Positions 16,683 to 24,525 of a stretch of DNA of 55,247 nt are shown here, piece by piece. This DNA is from Candidatus Amesbacteria bacterium RIFCSPLOWO2_01_FULL_49_25 (lineage in GTDB: Bacteria; Patescibacteriota; Microgenomatia; CAZETR01; Amesbacteraceae), in contig MEXP01000027.1 of assembly GCA_001773725.1 (NCBI GenBank), positions 1-55,247 on the forward strand, read 5' to 3'. The notes under the pieces are model-generated. The model worked only from the letters and a program-made list of their open reading frames with translations, had not been told where the DNA came from and did no database searches. The translations under genes and the position numbers were made by a program. The number at the start of each line of letters is the position of its first letter. Within the stretch, counting starts at the first letter, position 1.

Positions 16683-16847
16683 TTAGCTGTCGTCTGAGTC
16701 GGCGGCAATTTCTGATTTGATCTTTTTAACTTCTTTGGCCGCTTCGCCCATCCCGCGGGCCAGTTCGGATAGCTTTTTGGAGCCAAAGAATAGGAGGAGA
16801 AGGACGAGGATGATGACCAGCTCCGCGGTGCCGATATTGGAAAACAT
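16683..16847 (-). CDS. tatA: TatA/E-family protein, copy 5 (54 aa; not in ORF track)
   Basis: MFSNIGTAELVIILVLLLLFFGSKKLSELARGMGEAAKEVKKIKSEIAADSDDS*. Confidence 0.92.
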   Translation of the reverse strand: MFSNIGTAELVIILVLLLLFFGSKKLSELARGMGEAAKEVKKIKSEIAADSDDS

Positions 16848-16852
16848 ATACT

Positions 16853-17047
16853 TTAGGATTCTTGGGGTTTATCTGATTTATCGGTAACGGCGCTCTCGAA
16901 CTCGGCCTTGACCTTCTTGAGTTCCTTGGAAGACTCGCCCAGGCCGTGTGACAGCTCTTTGACTTTTTTGCCGCCGAAGAGGATCAAAAGTATGGCGGCG
17001 ATGATAAGGAGTTCGGTGAGACCGATATTTTTTATAAAGTCGAACAT
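16853..17047 (-). CDS. tatA: TatA/E-family protein, copy 6 (64 aa)
   Basis: MFDFIKNIGLTELLIIAAILLILFGGKKVKELSHGLGESSKELKKVKAEF...; TATACT 6 nt upstream of the ATG. Confidence 0.92.
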   Translation of the reverse strand: MFDFIKNIGLTELLIIAAILLILFGGKKVKELSHGLGESSKELKKVKAEFESAVTDKSDKPQES

Positions 17048-17112
17048 AACCTAAGTATATAGAACCTTAATGAACTATTGTCAATGGTCGCATGCCCGAT
17101 CAGACTGCAAAT

Positions 17113-17295
17113 TCATGTGTGACCGGTATAGTCGGTATTGTTTTCCTGGAAGTTGGCTTTGGGGTCGAATTCGAGCTGGGGAGGGGCGGGGGGCGGGGGA
17201 GGAGATTTCTTCTTGCCGCCGAGCTTGAGGGCGCCGCCAAAGAGGACTAGGGCCAGAAAGCCCAAGATGCCGAGTTCGGTGCCGGAAAGCTGCAT
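17113..17295 (-). CDS. TatA-like single-TM peptide with poly-Pro tail (60 aa)
   Basis: MQLSGTELGILGFLALVLFGGALKLGGKKKSPPPPPAPP...: the TEL...LFGG TM matches the TatA copies, but the amphipathic helix is replaced. TATAGT lies 8 nt upstream. Confidence 0.55.
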   Translation of the reverse strand: MQLSGTELGILGFLALVLFGGALKLGGKKKSPPPPPAPPQLEFDPKANFQENNTDYTGHT

Positions 17296-17337
17296 GTGGT
17301 TTTACTATAATAAGTCGGATAAAATTTGTCAATTATT

Positions 17338-17967
17338 ATGGCGAAAAGTATCGATTATGTTTTGTTTGATTGGGACGGGTGTCTGGCTCGGACAATGCAT
17401 TTGCTGCTTCGGGCACTCAAGACGGAGCTGGGCAAGCAGGATTTGCGGCTAACCGATAAACAGGTAATCAGGTATATGTTTGGGAATTGGCTGGGAGGCT
17501 TGCGGTATTGGGGAGTGGCCGATGCGGAAGAGACGGTAGTCAAGATAAAAGAGGAATATGATAAGAAGAAAGGTGAGGTGAAGCTCTACGCCGGGGTGAA
17601 GGAGACACTGAGGAGACTTGTGAAGCGGGGCAAGCGGCTGGGGGTAATTAAGCTGGAGGGAGATGGAAATGAGATTCGACCTCTATTGGGGATAGAATCC
17701 GTACAGATCTTTACCGGCCGGGACTTGGCGGGGGAGAAGCCGGAGGCCAAGGTTTTGGAGCGGGCGGTGGAATTGCTGGGAGGTCGGAAGGCGGAGACGT
17801 TGTGGGTGGGTAATTCAGTGAATGATTTGGAAATGGGACGGGGGGCCGGGGTGGAGACGGTGATTTTTTGTCCGGCTGAAAATGAGAAGTTTGGGAACAG
17901 TAAAATATTGGAGGCGGAAGGGGTGCGGGTAATAGGGGAGTTTAGGGAGCTGTTAAAAATAGTTTGA
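17338..17967 (+). CDS. HAD-superfamily hydrolase (partly degenerate motifs)
   Basis: LFDWDGCL (motif I), KPEA (motif III), WVGNSVND (motif IV with D>N). Confidence 0.8.
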   Translation: MAKSIDYVLFDWDGCLARTMHLLLRALKTELGKQDLRLTDKQVIRYMFGNWLGGLRYWGVADAEETVVKIKEEYDKKKGEVKLYAGVKETLRRLVKRGKRLGVIKLEGDGNEIRPLLGIESVQIFTGRDLAGEKPEAKVLERAVELLGGRKAETLWVGNSVNDLEMGRGAGVETVIFCPAENEKFGNSKILEAEGVRVIGEFRELLKIV

Positions 17968-17979
17968 TATGATTTAGGG

Positions 17980-18426
17980 GTGGTTGTTGAAGTAGACCAG
18001 AGTGGAAGATTAGAGCACCTGGATACAGATACGGTTATAGCGTTTGCCAATGGGGAAAGCGGGGCGGTGTTGATCAAAGTTTCGGTTAAGAGACAAATTG
18101 TTCAGAGTTTGAAGCGAACTATAATTCCACATGATCAGTTGATGCCGTTGTTGTTTGCTGTAGTAGTGTCTTTGCTGGTGAAGGGGTTGAATAGGCAAAT
18201 GATTTTGGAGATTGATGAGGAGTATACGGGAAAAAACAAATTTATCGAGCAAGCACTGATTAAGATGCTGGGGGCAAGGTGGGAGGGAGAGGTCAGATTT
18301 AGGCTCATTGGGAAAGAAAGCCCGGCACATAAGTTGGCCTGGGAGGTACACCGCTCGGACTTGAAGAAACGGGGAGTGAGAAAACTAAAGTTGGAAGAGA
18401 TAATGAAGTATTTCGTCGGGAAATGA
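17980..18426 (+). CDS. hypothetical protein, DUF3800-like / RNase H-like acidic motifs
   Basis: N-terminal VEVDQSG (compare DUF3800 YxDESG), IDEEY, IGKESPAH; GTG start. The family call is from motif memory only. Confidence 0.5.
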   Translation: MVVEVDQSGRLEHLDTDTVIAFANGESGAVLIKVSVKRQIVQSLKRTIIPHDQLMPLLFAVVVSLLVKGLNRQMILEIDEEYTGKNKFIEQALIKMLGARWEGEVRFRLIGKESPAHKLAWEVHRSDLKKRGVRKLKLEEIMKYFVGK

Positions 18427-18427
18427 A

Positions 18428-18488
18428 AAAGTCGGGATTTGGCACACCTCTCGCTTTTACGAGGGGGGTCCAAACTCACCCCGACTTT
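18428..18488. ncRNA. 61-nt structured element (rod-like hairpin) downstream of the DUF3800-like gene
   Basis: Nested stems AAAGTCGGG/CCCGACTTT, TTTGG/CCAAA and CCTCTCG/CGAGGGG around loop CTTTTA. Minus-strand TATAAT at 18502-18497 lies 8 nt before it. Confidence 0.55.
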
Positions 18489-18537
18489 GTATGTGTATTA
18501 TACTAAGTTTTGCAAGTGTTCGCAGTTGATAGGTGGA

Positions 18538-19842
18538 TTACTTAAGGGAAGCAAGCGTGGCTTTGGTTTTGGCGTCTTTGAGTGTCCGGCCGGTGGTGCC
18601 GGCGGTGGTGTGACCGGAGATGACTTCGTCCCAGACGGCGTCGGCGATTTCGGAAGCGGAGGCGCCGCCGGCTTGGGATTCAATAAAGGTGCCGGTACCG
18701 AGGTCACGGGTGCTGCCGGCAGTGTTGCCGGAGAAGGTGTGGTGGAGACGGACGCCGGTGCGGGTGACTCCGGTGCCGACGTCGATGCCATAACCGGTAT
18801 TGTTGTAGATAAGATTGTTTTCGAAAATATTGTCGGAGATGGAAGTGCCGCCTAAGTTGGCTCCATCGGCGCCCGAGCCGGAAATGATGCAGGTACTGAT
18901 GATTGATTGCGATACAGAGTTGCCTATATTGATACCGTTTGATGTGGAACTTTCGATGGCACAGGTTTGAATGCTGGTGCGAGTGGAAGAGGATAAATCG
19001 ATGCCGTTGGCGGTAGCGGTATTTATCCAGCAGTCTTTGACGAGGGCATTGTCTCCGGTAATGGTGATGCCATTGACTGAGCCGCCGGCGGTGGGTTGGA
19101 CATAAAGACCGGAGACCTCGACATTATCGGCGGTGACGGTAATCGGGACGGTGGAACTTAAAGTGGGTTTGATTTGGAAGGGGTAACCTGGGCCGCGGAC
19201 TTTGAGGTTGTTTTTGGTGATAGTCAGGCTTTCGGGGACCGTGGTTATGCCGCCGCTGGCTGTGGAGAGGCAAAAGATAATGTCGTTGTTGCCGGCGGTG
19301 GCAAGTGTTTGGGCCTTGGCGAAGGTGAGGACGGCGGTGGATGGCTGGAGGCCATCGTTGGTATCAAGGCCGCCGGCAGGGTCCCAGTACCATATGTTAC
19401 CAAGAGTCTGATGTTTACCGCGCAGGGACTCGATGAGGTAGAGCATATTGAGATCTTCGGGGGGAGTAATAATAGTAGGGGAGGAGGATTGGGCGATGAT
19501 CACCGTGACGTAGTCGGATGGTTTGATGGGGTTGTTGCTGAAGGTGTTGGTAGCCACGAGGTTTCCACCCCGGACATAAACCGTGATGGTAGGGGGCGCT
19601 CCGGGTGATTCAAACTGGATACGCCAGTCGTTGATAAGGACCATGGTGATACCGACCTGGGCTCCGCCGCCCAGATCCTGCTTGCCAAAGGCATTGCAAA
19701 TGTGGCCGTAGTCCAGAAAATCCAGCTCGTCTTCGTAGTCCCTGATTGCATTAACCAGTTCCTGAATAGTGACAGAAGTGCCTTCCACCGGATCGTCGAC
19801 TTGAATAACCCGGTCGAACTTAAAAAAAGTCAGCGTGGCCAT
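18538..19842 (-). CDS. signal-peptide-less fibre-like protein with right-handed beta-helix (pectin lyase-like)
   Basis: N-domain TIQELVNAIRDYEDE...GKQDLGGG...GITMVLINDW; beta-helix ITVTADNVEVSGL, GITITGDNALVKDCWI, IYNNTGYGIDV; C-terminal EIADAVWDE. Confidence 0.7.
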   Translation of the reverse strand: MATLTFFKFDRVIQVDDPVEGTSVTIQELVNAIRDYEDELDFLDYGHICNAFGKQDLGGGAQVGITMVLINDWRIQFESPGAPPTITVYVRGGNLVATNTFSNNPIKPSDYVTVIIAQSSSPTIITPPEDLNMLYLIESLRGKHQTLGNIWYWDPAGGLDTNDGLQPSTAVLTFAKAQTLATAGNNDIIFCLSTASGGITTVPESLTITKNNLKVRGPGYPFQIKPTLSSTVPITVTADNVEVSGLYVQPTAGGSVNGITITGDNALVKDCWINTATANGIDLSSSTRTSIQTCAIESSTSNGINIGNSVSQSIISTCIISGSGADGANLGGTSISDNIFENNLIYNNTGYGIDVGTGVTRTGVRLHHTFSGNTAGSTRDLGTGTFIESQAGGASASEIADAVWDEVISGHTTAGTTGRTLKDAKTKATLASLK

Positions 19843-19851
19843 AGGTTACGG

Positions 19852-20916
19852 CTATATCTGTTCTAAAAATATAGAGACCGATAGTCTGGGGACGAGCTCG
19901 GCACCTGAATCGGGAACGAAGGTGATATCAGTAGGGATTTTGGCGGCCAGGTAATCGGTAGTGCCCAGGGAGGCGGCTAAAATGCTTTTGATAGCGTGAT
20001 CAAACGAGCTGCCCTGACTGAGGGCGGTTTTGAACGGGGCCTGGGGTAGTTCCCTTTGCCTGAATGTCTGGTTTGGTTTGTCCAGCTCGAAGAAGACGGG
20101 AGTAATGAATAGGTTCGTTTCCACTCGATGGCTATTAAAACCGGAAAGATTGGTTATTTGATCAGTTTTTGACCAGCTGTGATAAAAGTTTGTGGAGATC
20201 AGTCCCCGGTCAAACAAAGCTATAAAATGGCTTAAATCCGCGGCCACGGCGACGCTGAAGTTGGGGACTTTGGTCAATTTACCCTGGCGGTGGGTCAGGT
20301 ATTCCAAGAGGTGTCTGTTGACCAAATGAACGCGGTCGGAGGCGAGTTCTCGGGCATAATAGACCAGACTGTTTCTGTAGTTGAACAGAGGTTCTAAGCC
20401 TTGGATTGAAAATACCGCCCTAAGCATGGGTTCGACCTCGATGGTGGTCAGATCCAGCAAATTTGGCTCGTTGACCAGGAAGCAGCCGAGTACGGGGTTG
20501 TAAACACGAAACTCGTGCCGGGGGGCAACATTTCTTAGAAGGTTTATCGATGTGTTATCGATTTTCTCACAGGTGAGGATTATTCGGTCCGGGGGCGCGA
20601 TCGAGAGGTGAGAAACTACCGGAGAATCGGGGTAGGTAATAGTAGTGTCGGAGTCTGATTGTTTGAGCAGACCAATGTCCCCGAATGTGGCTAGATAGTC
20701 CAGGATTGATTTGTAGTCCTGGAGCAGGTTGGCCGGAGGGGTGCTTTTTACCAAATGAAAGAAGACCGGGCGGGCGAAGGAACTACTGGGGAGTTCCAGC
20801 AGAATTTTCAGCTTTGAGCTGGAGCCGCTGGAGCTCGGCTGTGAGCGTGGCTTTGAGGACAATTTGTTTTTGGACTTCATCAGAAAATATTTTAATATTA
20901 TTTTCGGCGCGGGCAA
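19852..20916 (-). CDS. hypothetical protein (up to 354 aa; start uncertain)
   Basis: Long open ORF within the operon. The N-terminal ~45 codons overlap the 66-aa ORF and are low complexity, so the true start may be later (e.g. TTG 20754). Confidence 0.65.
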   Translation of the reverse strand: MPAPKIILKYFLMKSKNKLSSKPRSQPSSSGSSSKLKILLELPSSSFARPVFFHLVKSTPPANLLQDYKSILDYLATFGDIGLLKQSDSDTTITYPDSPVVSHLSIAPPDRIILTCEKIDNTSINLLRNVAPRHEFRVYNPVLGCFLVNEPNLLDLTTIEVEPMLRAVFSIQGLEPLFNYRNSLVYYARELASDRVHLVNRHLLEYLTHRQGKLTKVPNFSVAVAADLSHFIALFDRGLISTNFYHSWSKTDQITNLSGFNSHRVETNLFITPVFFELDKPNQTFRQRELPQAPFKTALSQGSSFDHAIKSILAASLGTTDYLAAKIPTDITFVPDSGAELVPRLSVSIFLEQI

Positions 20917-20983
20917 TGCCTTCTTTTACTGCTTGGATTTGGTGGGTTAGATCGGTAGCGTCAATCGGCGGTGCATCTGACAT
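20783..20983 (-). CDS. small coiled-coil protein (66 aa)
   Basis: ATG lies 2 nt after the 1013-aa gene stop; heptad pattern LTHQIQAVKEGIARAENNIKIFSDEVQKQIVLKATLTAELQRL. Confidence 0.6.
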   Translation of the reverse strand: MSDAPPIDATDLTHQIQAVKEGIARAENNIKIFSDEVQKQIVLKATLTAELQRLQLKAENSAGTPQ

Positions 20984-20985
20984 GG

Positions 20986-23900
20986 TTAGTCGACGATAGA
21001 GTCAAAGGTACGAATAGCGGCGACTGAAGCTCCCGATGAGGTGAATGTACCAGCAACCTCGAACGGCAGGATGCCCTTGCGGCGGACACGGGAAAGAATG
21101 GGGATGTCGCTGACGTAAACGATGGTGTTGGAAACGCTGGTGGTGGTAGCCTGCTGTTCGATGAGGACCACAAAGGCGTTATCACCGGTACTTAGATTTA
21201 GACCCCCGGTGGTATCTCCGATATCTCCCGAGGTCAGGGTGAACCTGTTTGAATTTCTGTCTACTGCCGAGTATGCGAAGGAAAGGTATAGTCCGGTATC
21301 GGCGGGAGAGAGGACCCGCAGGGTGGCACTGGTGGGAACATCGGAGGGAAGGGGAGAGGCGGTGCGGGTGTTTTGGGATACTTCGATAAGGGTGGAAATG
21401 GAGCTGTTAACCGTGGTGTTAATCGCATTGCTAATTTTGAATTCGGTGGTGAGAATATTGCCTCCGGAAGTTCGAAACACAGCCACCCGGTCTCCGGATA
21501 CCAGACCCGTGACCTGGAGGGTCTGCTGGTTGGGCGGATTGCGGACTGTGCCGTTGGAGTCAATGAGCTGGAAAGCCCGGACATCGGCGGTAGCCATGTC
21601 TTCCACAAATACACCCCGGGCGCCGAAGAAAGTACCTCCGGCGAAGGTGCCCAAGGGGGAAGCTTTCACCAGGGCAAAAGCGGTATCTTGAGTAATATAG
21701 AGGCGGCCCTGTTTGCCTGATTCGGAGCCTTTGCCGCCTAAGAGACTGTAAGCTGGTTCTCCGGTTCTTTCCAAGCTCCTGGTGCGGTACTTTACCCACT
21801 CGTACATCCGGGCCAGAGTGTCTCCATCCGCTTGATTATCCCGATTGAGGTAGACGACGGCGTTGTAGGGCTGGTTGCCATTGCCGTCTTGGATGTCTCT
21901 TTGAATTTGGGTGGCGACGGTAATGGTGGCGGTGAAAGTGGCGGTGGCGCCAGAGGTCGCCCCAGTGACACTTTCGCCCGAGGCGAAGGCGGTTGACTGG
22001 GTAATGTTTCCTACGGTGATGACGCTGGCCCCGTCATCGGCCATAAAGATGCCGGAAGCCGAGGAGGTGCCGCCGGTGATTTGTTCACCATCAATGAAGT
22101 TGGTGGTTCTATCTGAGTAAGTAAACGTGCCTTCGACTGTGGCGACGATAATTCTGGAACCGTAACCGGCGACCAGGTTTGAAGGAGAACCGTTGACCGA
22201 GGAGACTTGAGTTGAAATCTGACCAACAATATGGTCGTTGTCGGCAAAATTGGTGGAGGGGGTGAGTAAAATATAGTCCAAGGTTCCGGTACTGGTTCCG
22301 GATACGGCGGTAATGATGCCTCTTTTGGAAGCATTGGTGGTGCGAATTTCCTCGCCGGAGGTATAGGCTCCGCCCGCGTCATAATTTAGTCTGCTGGTTC
22401 CGGTAGTATTGTTGAGGTCGCTGGCGGTAGCTAAAGGGATAGGAGCGACACCGGCGATAGTGGTCGTTTCGAAGTGGTCGTAGGTGTCGCCATAGTTTCT
22501 ATTAAAGATGGTGACGGTACCGCTGTTGATCAGGGCTCCGGTGCTGGAAACGGTTTTGGAGGTATCGGTATTGGTTTTGACTTTGACCAGGGCGTCAATG
22601 TGCCCGGTGAGCCAGAAAGTGTCTATGACCGAACCATTTTGTTCGATGTAGAACTGGGGCAGGGGAGTAGTGGCGGCGTAGACGGTGTTGCCGATTCCTT
22701 CCACGGATCCCAGGGTCTGGTAATTGGTCCAAATGTTGTCCAGACCTGAGTCCTGAATGGATCCAGATTCAATGAAACGGAACGATAAATCGGGAATTTT
22801 CCAACCGTTGACCAAAGTAAACTGCTGTAAGGCGACTTGGGCGGTCATGGGGACGTCGTCGTCCAAAGCTCCCAGCTCGTCAAAAGTGTCCTGGAGGTAG
22901 GTATATAAAGCGTTTGAATCCCGGACAATGTTTAAGCTGCCGCCGTTGTAGATCCCGCCTTGAGAAAGGAGCTGTTCGACAATCGGAGAGCCGTTGACGT
23001 CGGCAACTTTGTCCAAGAAGTCACTGGCTGCATTGGGGGCATTGATATCGGCGGCATAGGTATCGGAAGTGGTCCTAATAACAATGGCGTCGTTGTCAAA
23101 CAACGATTGGCCGGCGGTTAGACCTTGAACGGTGAGTTTACTATTGGTGGTGTCGACAGTGATGATTTTGCCGGTAGCGTGGGTATTGGTTCCCCCTGAG
23201 GTCCGGGTGATTAATTTATCGCCAATTTTGAAGGTGACGCCGGATTGAAGATTGTCATAAGGGATTTTGAGGACATAAATTTCATCATTGTTGGCCCAAG
23301 TATCGTCGGTATCGACTAATTTGAGTGATCCGGTCAGGGTTACGCCGTAGACGCGCTGGACCACGGCCGATTTGCCGGCGGAAAAGTTATCGGTGCTTCT
23401 GATGGTAGCAAAGCGGGGTATTGCTTCCGTACCGCCGTCGAAATTGATAATGGCAGAGATATCTGACGAGGGAGGGGAGATGGTTCCGCCAGAGGCCTCG
23501 TTGACAACTGACCCGGTCCAGGCGTCACCCGGAACTTCCGCTCCCGAGACGACGGCTACTTGCGTACCTGATTTTTGGATGATTTCGGCATCGGCAAAAG
23601 TAGTTTGACCCTGTCGGCCATAAACGTTGCCGGCGCTGTTGGCAGTTTGGAGGGCCTGCGTATAGTGATATTCAATGGCCTTGACAGAAAAATTGGCTCC
23701 GTTGGTGGTGGTTAAGGTGTCGCCGACCACAAAGCCGCCATTTGTTACAGTGGCAAAATAGATCGAGTCCAGGGTCTCCAGAGTCTCGGCATGAGTGAAG
23801 CGGTTTTGAACATTGGTTAGGGCTATGGTGCCATTGGAAGTAGTATCAGTGATGTCCTGGCCTACGGTTCCCAATATTTTTCCCAGGGCCGTGCTGGTTA

Positions 23901-24027
23901 CACCGTAGACGTAGTCGCCGGCTTGGGGCGGGTCGCCGGTAGTTACGCCGGTGTAGTCGAGTACACCGTCGACGTGGCTGATAATTTTGTTGACAAAATC
24001 GACGCTCCAATCGTTGGTAATTGCCAT
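20986..24027 (-). CDS. large Thr/Ser/Gly-rich beta-structured fibre/surface protein, no signal peptide (1013 aa)
   Basis: MAITNDWSVDFVNKIISH start; NALYTYLQDTFDELGALDDDVPMTAQ...FTLVNGW core; repeated F/YxxG(E/D)xI...TS units. Confidence 0.8.
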   Translation of the reverse strand: MAITNDWSVDFVNKIISHVDGVLDYTGVTTGDPPQAGDYVYGVTSTALGKILGTVGQDITDTTSNGTIALTNVQNRFTHAETLETLDSIYFATVTNGGFVVGDTLTTTNGANFSVKAIEYHYTQALQTANSAGNVYGRQGQTTFADAEIIQKSGTQVAVVSGAEVPGDAWTGSVVNEASGGTISPPSSDISAIINFDGGTEAIPRFATIRSTDNFSAGKSAVVQRVYGVTLTGSLKLVDTDDTWANNDEIYVLKIPYDNLQSGVTFKIGDKLITRTSGGTNTHATGKIITVDTTNSKLTVQGLTAGQSLFDNDAIVIRTTSDTYAADINAPNAASDFLDKVADVNGSPIVEQLLSQGGIYNGGSLNIVRDSNALYTYLQDTFDELGALDDDVPMTAQVALQQFTLVNGWKIPDLSFRFIESGSIQDSGLDNIWTNYQTLGSVEGIGNTVYAATTPLPQFYIEQNGSVIDTFWLTGHIDALVKVKTNTDTSKTVSSTGALINSGTVTIFNRNYGDTYDHFETTTIAGVAPIPLATASDLNNTTGTSRLNYDAGGAYTSGEEIRTTNASKRGIITAVSGTSTGTLDYILLTPSTNFADNDHIVGQISTQVSSVNGSPSNLVAGYGSRIIVATVEGTFTYSDRTTNFIDGEQITGGTSSASGIFMADDGASVITVGNITQSTAFASGESVTGATSGATATFTATITVATQIQRDIQDGNGNQPYNAVVYLNRDNQADGDTLARMYEWVKYRTRSLERTGEPAYSLLGGKGSESGKQGRLYITQDTAFALVKASPLGTFAGGTFFGARGVFVEDMATADVRAFQLIDSNGTVRNPPNQQTLQVTGLVSGDRVAVFRTSGGNILTTEFKISNAINTTVNSSISTLIEVSQNTRTASPLPSDVPTSATLRVLSPADTGLYLSFAYSAVDRNSNRFTLTSGDIGDTTGGLNLSTGDNAFVVLIEQQATTTSVSNTIVYVSDIPILSRVRRKGILPFEVAGTFTSSGASVAAIRTFDSIVD

Positions 24028-24034
24028 AGCAGGT

Positions 24035-24469
24035 TTATCTTAATCTGTCCCAGAAACTGGTTTTGGGGGTGTTTAACTCCTCTTTTCTTTCGACGACGGC
24101 TTGTTTTAATTTATTGGTGATTAATTTCTTGCCGGGTTTGACTGGTTGGGGTGGAGTTTGGGGAGTTTCGGGAGCGGTGGCCGATCCGGCGTCCGGTTGG
24201 GCGTGGGGTTGGGACATGTCGATGACATTTGATTTATCCGGGCCAATGTTTATAGGTACGCTGTAATGAATGTCGCTGAAGGTTCTAGCGGGAACGCGGA
24301 TGTTGACCTTAATTTTTCCATTACCAGAGTACTGGGCGGGGATTTGGACTTCGACTTCATTTGAACTGGCGGTTCCTCCCACAATATGGCCGTTTATCTC
24401 GTTAATATAAATCAGATATCCGGCCCCAACGGGAAGGTTAATAAGCTTTATGGGGTAGGTTTCGGGCAT
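24035..24469 (-). CDS. small beta-sandwich protein with Pro/Lys-rich tail (144 aa)
   Basis: PIKLINLPVGAGYLIY resembles TLQVTGLVSGDRVAVF in the 1013-aa protein; first gene of the fibre operon. Confidence 0.6.
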   Translation of the reverse strand: MPETYPIKLINLPVGAGYLIYINEINGHIVGGTASSNEVEVQIPAQYSGNGKIKVNIRVPARTFSDIHYSVPINIGPDKSNVIDMSQPHAQPDAGSATAPETPQTPPQPVKPGKKLITNKLKQAVVERKEELNTPKTSFWDRLR

Positions 24470-24487
24470 GTTTTAGTAACCAGCATT

Positions 24488-24517
24488 ACTATACCTATCT
24501 TTTTGAATAAAATGCAA
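24488..24517 (-). promoter_or_regulatory. candidate sigma70 promoter for the fibre operon
   Basis: TTGCAT (24517-24512), 18 bp, TATAGT (24493-24488). Confidence 0.5.
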
Positions 24518-24525
24518 GACGATGT

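Noticed and set aside
12384-17047. TatA copies as pilins or holins
   Set aside because: No prepilin G/FTLIE cleavage motif; the TM-FG hinge-amphipathic helix pattern and adjacency to tatC fit TatA.
18439-23608. Long plus-strand ORFs antisense to the fibre genes (e.g. 18439-18855, 19174-19608, 21122-21691)
   Set aside because: They are expected from codon bias in Thr/Gly/Ala-rich GC-rich genes, with no motifs or start signals.
5964-24469. Prophage or integrative element at the tRNAs, given the phage-like fibre motifs
   Set aside because: No integrase, terminase, portal, capsid or att-like tRNA 3' duplication was seen, and housekeeping genes follow the tRNAs.
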